The notes beneath the pieces are model-generated. The model was given only the letters and a program-made list of their open reading frames with translations, made no database searches and had not been told where the DNA came from. A DNA stretch of 64,000 bases from Octopus vulgaris. Lineage: Eukaryota. The position numbers and the translations under genes are program-made. Of this stretch, positions 56,550 to 64,000 are shown in pieces; positions within the stretch are counted from its first letter, which is position 1, and each line of letters opens with the position of its first letter. The DNA lies in NCBI GenBank assembly GCA_951406725.2, contig OX597831.1:8618001-8682000 (forward strand), given 5' to 3'.

Positions 56550-57279
56550 CAGCATCAGCAGCATCAGCAGCATTGTTCCATAATCCACGTCCTTGCACGA
56601 TCTGTGGAATGGTTTGCAAATCCTTGGAGGGTCGAAGATGTCAGAGCTGACCTTAAACATCGAAGCTGAATAAACTGAATAGGTTGTTTGATCCTCATAC
56701 CACAAAACTGACCAGAGAGTGCATCATATACATGCATACATGCATACATGCATGCAAACATGCGCGCTGGCGTACACACACGAAGCACGAACAAACTTTT
56801 TACTAATATTTATTGAGATAAGGACAATGCACATGCATATATTGCGCACGCGCACGTGAGGATCTGTAAGCATATATGTGCAAATATGTAAGGCTCGGAG
56901 GAACAACCAGGAGAAATAAAATTCAGTACAATATACGTATGTGTGTGTGTGTGTGTGTGTTAGTGTATGTATGTATGTATGTATGTATGTATATATATAT
57001 ATACATATATATACACACCAGTCGAATGGTTACTAAATCCAATGTGTAATTGAGTACTCAAAGCAATATGTAGAGAGGAGATATTATTTATTGCGTGTAA
57101 CCCGATGGACAAGCTTCAAGTACATGGAATCTCATAATGATTAATCGGTCCATATTATCAGGTGTAGGGTTGGGGCGTAATTTCAGTAACAGTTAAAGTA
57201 AGCAGCGCAGGCGAAGTTAAGTACAGGAAACTTAATACAGATAAAAATAACACACGAACAGTTAATATTTGACATTCTA

Positions 57280-57858
57280 AGGCAGCGAGCTGGCAGAAGC
57301 GTTAGCACGCCGGGCGAAATGCTTAGCGGTATTTTGTCTGTCTTTACGTTCTGAGTTCAAATTCCGCCGAGGTCGAGTTTGCCTTTCATCCTTTCGGGGT
57401 CGATAAATTAAGTACCAGTTACGCACTGGGGTCGATGTAATCGACTTAACCCGTTTGTGTGTCCTTGTTTGTCCCTTCTGTGTTTAGTACCTTGTGGCTA
57501 GTAAAGAAATAGGTATTCCGTCTGTCTTTACGTTCTGTGTTCACATTCCATCGAGGTCGACTTTGTCTTTCATCCTTTCGGGGTCGATAAATTAAGTACC
57601 AGTTACGCACTGGGGTCGATGTAATCGACTTAACCCGTTTGTGTGTCCTTGTTTGTCCCTTCTGTGTTTAGCCCCTTGTGGGTAGTAAAGAAATAGGTAT
57701 TTCGTGTCTTTACGTTCTGTGTTCAAATTCCATCGACGTCGACTTTGCCTTTCATCCTTTCAGGGTCGATAAATTAAGTACCAGTTGCGTACTGGAGTCG
57801 ATCTAATCGACTGGACCCCTCCCCCTAAATTTCGGGCCTTGTGCTTAGAGTAGAAAAG
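57280..57858 (+). mobile_element. SINE B trimer with a single 16-bp TSD
   Basis: TSD aatatttgacattcta at 57264-57279 and 57859-57874; junctions aaagaaata|ggtat at 57512 and 57696. Confidence 0.93.
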
Positions 57859-58419
57859 AATATTTGACATTCTATAGGAAAGTGAACGGGGTTAGTGGAG
57901 AGTTAAAGCGGTCACTGGTAAAAGTCTATTTGTTTCGGAACAATGTTTTTATACCCCCCTATTGCGTGTATGGATGTAGTTGTATATGTTCAGACGTTTG
58001 AGTATTGGCGCATGAATATTTATGTTAAAATGTAGGGCAGCGTGCTTTTGTATGGTCTATTTATGTATCTAAAACCCCCGCCATATATGCATATACATAT
58101 ATACACATATACAGACACACGCACACACTGACTTATATGCAGAAAGATAATTATGAAGAACACACGCTTCGTAAGCCGGGTCATATAATAGGTTAGTGTA
58201 AATCTCTCCCCAAATATTTGATATAAGACCTATGTGTGTGTATGTGTGCGTATTAGAGCGTTTGTATGATGATGTTTATTTACGAGTGCTTGTGTGTGTA
58301 TGTACGCTTGTGTGTATGTAGCTTTTATGATTGCGTGTGGTGCAGACTGGGTTGGTTTATGTCTCGATGTATCTGTGTTTGAATATTTCATTTAATATTT
58401 GTGTGTATGTATTTGTATG

Positions 58420-58554
58420 TAGTGACATAGCTTGAGCGTGTGCCGCCCGGGGCCGTCCTTCAGTGTTTCGCTCCCGCTCCTACACAGCTTCGTACAGCAG
58501 ACCCAAAAGTGCTGAGCGTCGCCCGGAGCAGTTCGATCTCTAACTACGCTACTG
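58420..58554. mobile_element. MITE-like element related to 12141-12289
   Basis: Imperfect TIRs agtgacatagcttgag / ctctaactacgctact. Confidence 0.5.
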
Positions 58555-59082
58555 TTTGCATACTGTGTTAGTCTGTATTAATGCGTATGTACTCGTGCGA
58601 TTTCGCGTAGGTGTAAATGATTTAATAATTGTGTGAGCATACACAGACGTACCTTTCAGAATGTGTTTATATAACTGTATGAAAGCGTTGGTTCTGTATA
58701 GGTTTGCAGTTAAGGTAGGTTTTATGTTTACAGATATACACATTAGTGCACAAGTTCACGTTCACATATGTGTAAACACCATCAGCTCCTCTCCAGGTGA
58801 CCGACCTCAGATGTGTACTACTGTCCACACCGCCATCCTCACCATCTCTTTTCTATCTATTAGTGTAAAACTCATATGTCTTTTTCTTTTGTCTCTTAAC
58901 GGTTTCTTTTTGTAAAGTTTTTATTCATAATTTGTTCATTTTTACCGTTTGTTATGTTTACTCACTTAGCTCCCTGACAATATAACCATTCTAATCGATA
59001 TGAGATTTCATGAGCTGTTCAAACGGATTGAAGATTGCCCGACGGACCACATTCAATAAATTTTATACTAAAAAAAGAAGGG

Positions 59083-59408
59083 AGCACTTCGTCGGTTGCG
59101 ACGGCGAGGGTCCCAGCTGATACGATCAACGGAACAGCCTGCTCGTGAAATTAACGTGCAAGTGGCTGAGTACTCCACAGACACGTGTACCCTTAACGTA
59201 GTTCTCAGGGATGTTCAGAGCGTGGTACAAAGTGTAACCAGGCCGGCCCTTTGAAATACAGGTACAACTCATTTTTTGCCAGCTGAGTGGACTGGAGCAA
59301 CGTGAAATAAAGTGTCTTGCTCAAGGACACAACGCGTCGCCCGGAATTGAACTCACGACTTTACGATCGCGAGCCGAATGCCCCAACCACTAAACCACGC
59401 GCCTTCAC
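59083..59408 (-). mobile_element. tRNA-derived SINE family E, full length, with CORE-like central domain
   Basis: Minus strand reads gtgaaggcgcgtggtttagtgg (A box), gagttcaattcc (B box), then tgtgtccttgagcaagacacttta...ccactcagctg, which resembles the MIR/CORE domain. Confidence 0.85.
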
Positions 59409-60029
59409 GAATTTTTTACTAGAACACACTCGTGTATATAATTACACACATACGCACATATATGCGTGTATATACATTCCTCGCCGCCCCCACACATACG
59501 TATGCACACACATACGTATGCACACACACACACACATGCACTCACACACATCAGTACATTCCTACACACATGCACATCAAGCCATGTTGCCAGGTTTTGA
59601 AATGTCGCTCCTGACAAAATAACTTTACAAGTGGAAGAAAACTCAAATATTTAAAGCTGAATTATTTTGTTTCTTTTAGTTCGTCATTGTAGACTTCATT
59701 ACTGGGAGTTTTATGACCGAAAGCGATCCTCAAACGAATGTGTTTGGTGGTCACATCTCGGGTATGGTCGAATCAGCTGTCAGCCAGGCACCCTCCTCGT
59801 GTCCAAGAGTCGGCATGCCAAGACTCATCAGTTCCCTCTGTGTTGTATACAAGCAGCCAGGCTCCCGTTTCCAGCCTATCCTCTGATGTCAACAAATGTC
59901 TTTGACGGTCTTTTGTTCTTCCATGTATGTATGTATGTATGTATGTATGTATGTATGTATGTATGTATGTATGTATGTATGTATGTATGTGTGTATGTAT
60001 GTATGTATTGCGTGTGTATATGTATGCAT

Positions 60030-60464
<435 letters not shown>

Positions 60465-60825
60465 GAGACTGTGTGTGCGGACTCAAATGCAGACATTGAG
60501 TGTAAATGTACGTTTTAAGAAAGTAAAATGTAGAATCTTGAGAATGCTTTACATATTTTCATTGTTCCATCAATTGGTTGCATTTTGGAGATGTTATTGA
60601 GCTTTTGTATTGTTCTTGGAATCCAACCAGAATTTCCATTATGCAAATTTGTTGTATAACCAAGAACGCCTATGGTAGTAGATAAAATTTAAGTTAATGT
60701 ATGTATGTATGTATGCATGCGAATATGTGCTTAATTGCATGTATATATGCATGCGAGGAAATGTGTTTTTATACGCATGTAGCTGTGTATATATATATGT
60801 ATGAATGTTTTATGTATATGTCTGC

Positions 60826-60865
<40 letters not shown>

Positions 60866-61204
60866 ATCCGAGTGTTTACGCTATTATCAAAAAAAAAAAA
60901 AAAGAAAAGAAACGAAAAAGAAAAAGATTTATTTCGTTCCAGATATTCTAATGACAACCATTTCTATATAATCGATATTTGTTTTGTAAACTATTATCTG
61001 AAAACAGATATCTTAATTATTAAATGATTTTCCGTTTCTACAGTCGCCGGTGTTAACAACTATTGTTTATTCCCCTTCATTTGCTCTTATTTTTTTATTT
61101 GTATTTTATCAAGAAACTCTTTAGTCAATGAAGTAATTTTATTTCTTCTCCAGTCTCGAAAAAAATAAAGAAAGAAAATCAACGAAATGATAATAATAAC
61201 AATG

Positions 61205-61296
<92 letters not shown>

Positions 61297-61614
61297 TGAC
61301 TAGATTTAATTATACTTCACACGTCTTTCGTTTGTTGTTTTCGATAAATCTCTTCCAATATTGATATAATTTTTCTCATTGAAGCTGCGTTAATTAGTAA
61401 ATTTTGATTAGTATAGCGTTGCAATTTAATTTATAGAAAATAAAAATATAAATTAAATATGAATTTCAAACTTAAGTTTCCTTACGAGCTCAAAGTTGTG
61501 CATCACTCGGTGTGCAGAGGAGACGATATATGAATGTTTTCTGTGTAACCCCAGCGTGTCATTTAGTAAGTCCATCACGGAGGTTTGCCGGTCATAGTTT
61601 TTCCTATATTTTGT

Positions 61615-62020
<406 letters not shown>

Positions 62021-62184
62021 CGTTTATTTTAGATGTACAACCATGTACCACATGATTTCAAAGGTGTGTTTTGGGTGTACAGCCATGTAGCACAACGTTT
62101 CTTGGTTTACTTTTCAGACAATGGATTCTGAGTCACATCATAGATTCCTTTCTTCCCGCGCGTGCGCACGTGTTTTAGAATATG

Positions 62185-62411
62185 TTTCTTTACTACCCAC
62201 AAGGGGCTAAACATAGAGGGGACAAACAAGGACAGACAAACGGATTAAGTCGATTACATCGACCTCAGTGCGTAACTGGTACTTAATTTATCGACCCCAA
62301 AAGGATGAAAAGCAAAGTCGACCTCGGCGGAATTTGAACTCAGAACGTAGCGGCGGACGAAATAGAGCTACGCATTTCGCCCGGTGTGCTAACGTTTCTG
62401 CCAGCTCGGCT
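62185..62411 (-). mobile_element. SINE B, long-tail monomer
   Basis: Reverse-complement match to 41071-41300. Confidence 0.9.
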
Positions 62412-62890
62412 TTCGTTTTGAGGGACGTTTGGCTTGCTAATTTTAGCAGATCTATTGATGACAAAGAAGCTCTCTTATTAGATCGGGTCACATGATTTTT
62501 GGTGTGTTACGTGCTTGAAGTTGTGTAATGTACACTTGTGTGTGTGTGCGTGCGTGTGTATGTGCGCGTGTGTATGGTGTGTGTGCGCACATATACACGT
62601 ATCTGCGTATTCTTTCTTTCAGTCAATGGGCTGCGGCCATACTGGAGCATCGTTTTATTTCTGTCTTTGTTTATGTATTATTTACCATTTACACCATTTT
62701 TGTAGAATTTTCACTGCTGGAGGTTGGTCTATAATTGCGTTAGTAGCATCTGATCTTCTTGGAGTGCAACCTTATACAGTTGGCTGGTCCGATAGCTTGC
62801 TATGCGTGAGCATGTGCGCGCGCGCTCGCGTGTGTGACGGTGAATTTTAATGAAGCCAAGTTTGTCACTATTATTATATACAAAGACTAA

Positions 62891-63000
62891 AGGCGGCGAA
62901 CCGGCAGAATGGTTAGTGGCGTTTCGTCCGGCTCCGCGTGTTATGAGTTCAAATATCATCGAGGTCAACTTTGCATTTCATCCTTTCGAGTATGGGACAT
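62891..63000 (+). mobile_element. SINE B fragment (a further minus-strand fragment lies at ~63405-63490)
   Basis: ggcggcgaaccggcagaatggttag...gagttcaaat...tttcatcctttcg. Confidence 0.7.
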
Positions 63001-64000
63001 TTTAATACAGCCACTGTGACGCCGCTGATTTGGTGTCGCTGCTTTGGCTCATGTGACATCAGACGTTTTAATGTTTCAGGAGATGGAGGTCAGTCGATGC
63101 TACCGACCTCAATATTTCGTACAAAATATACATTCTCAGAAAATATTCTGACTCCACTGACATTCCAGCCCTTAAAACATTCGAAGATAAATATATTTGT
63201 GGGATACAAACGTCACGACCTAGGGGTGGGGAAAGAATGAATAAAATGACAGAAGAGCTCCATCAGATTTATACAAAACATTTTGATTAAGCGTTCTCTT
63301 CCCTTCTTTCTATTTTATTTTCTTGTTTTGTTTTGGTTTAACCTTTTACAAATAAGCAAAACTTGATGACGTCATTTTGCTTAGGAAAGAACGCAGCACC
63401 GATTACACAGACCCCAGTACTCAACTGGTACTTATTTCGTCGACTCCGAGAGGACGAAAGGCAAAGTCAACCTCGACGGAATTTGAACTCATTTAAGATA
63501 ATAGAATACTAGACTAATTTATAAAGATAGGCCAGGCCTACATCGTAACGACGAATAAAACTAGGTCTCCTCTTCCGGACGGAGGACGCAATAACATCGA
63601 TTATAAATAGGTCTCCAGTTTTTGAAAGAAGCTTCATCTTACATGCTCGTTACGTTCACGCAAGAAGCATGCACATCTCAGCATTTCTTTTGCGATTGCC
63701 CCACTTTCTCCTGCCTCATCTTCCCTCCCCACCTAATACTTCGGATTAAATTTGGGGTAAGAAATCAATACCATTAAGTTAAAAACAGGAACTATAGGTG
63801 CTGTGTACTCATAACAAAATCACGACCTACCGCAGCTGCCTTCCTCCTCTCACCATTATTTCTCTGCTGCTCTACCAGAAAACGGTTGTTTTTTTTGGCT
63901 GTTTTTTGTTTTGTTTTGAGCTAAAGTGGTGCAGAAGCAAGGATTAAAAATATCAACACCAACTAGAAGATCTTTCTGGAACAGAAATAATCTAATCAAT

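Noticed and set aside
59780-59840. HDV-like TCCTCG loop and CTGATGAGTC...GAC hairpin
   Set aside because: No P1/P3 pairing for HDV and no GAAA after the hairpin for a hammerhead. Similar failures at 45125-45160 and 52660-52685.

Overview
AT-rich eukaryotic window, very dense in microsatellites, with no recognisable intact host gene. The repeat landscape resembles a cephalopod (Octopus-like) genome; this is an inference from the repeat content. Almost all ORF-track entries are translations of simple repeats. The supportable content is mostly mobile DNA: at least five tRNA-headed SINE families (A, B, C, E, H are my working labels), three remnants of restriction-like-endonuclease (R4/Dong-type) LINEs abutting (TAA)n or (TACA)n tracts, a CR1/L2-type LINE 3' end, an internally inverted Tc1 relic, a mariner-derived MITE, other MITEs and a complete non-autonomous Helitron. 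The main hidden signal is RNA structure. At least eight minimal type-I hammerhead-ribozyme motifs with palindromic stem III occur in about seven unrelated sequence contexts, of the kind known from Penelope-like elements. One is fused behind a Pol III tRNA-like head in a ~300-bp element flanked by an 11-bp direct repeat (54318-54628), an architecture reminiscent of schistosome SM-alpha. All alignments and folds were done by eye, and boundaries are approximate unless a TSD or terminal motif is quoted.
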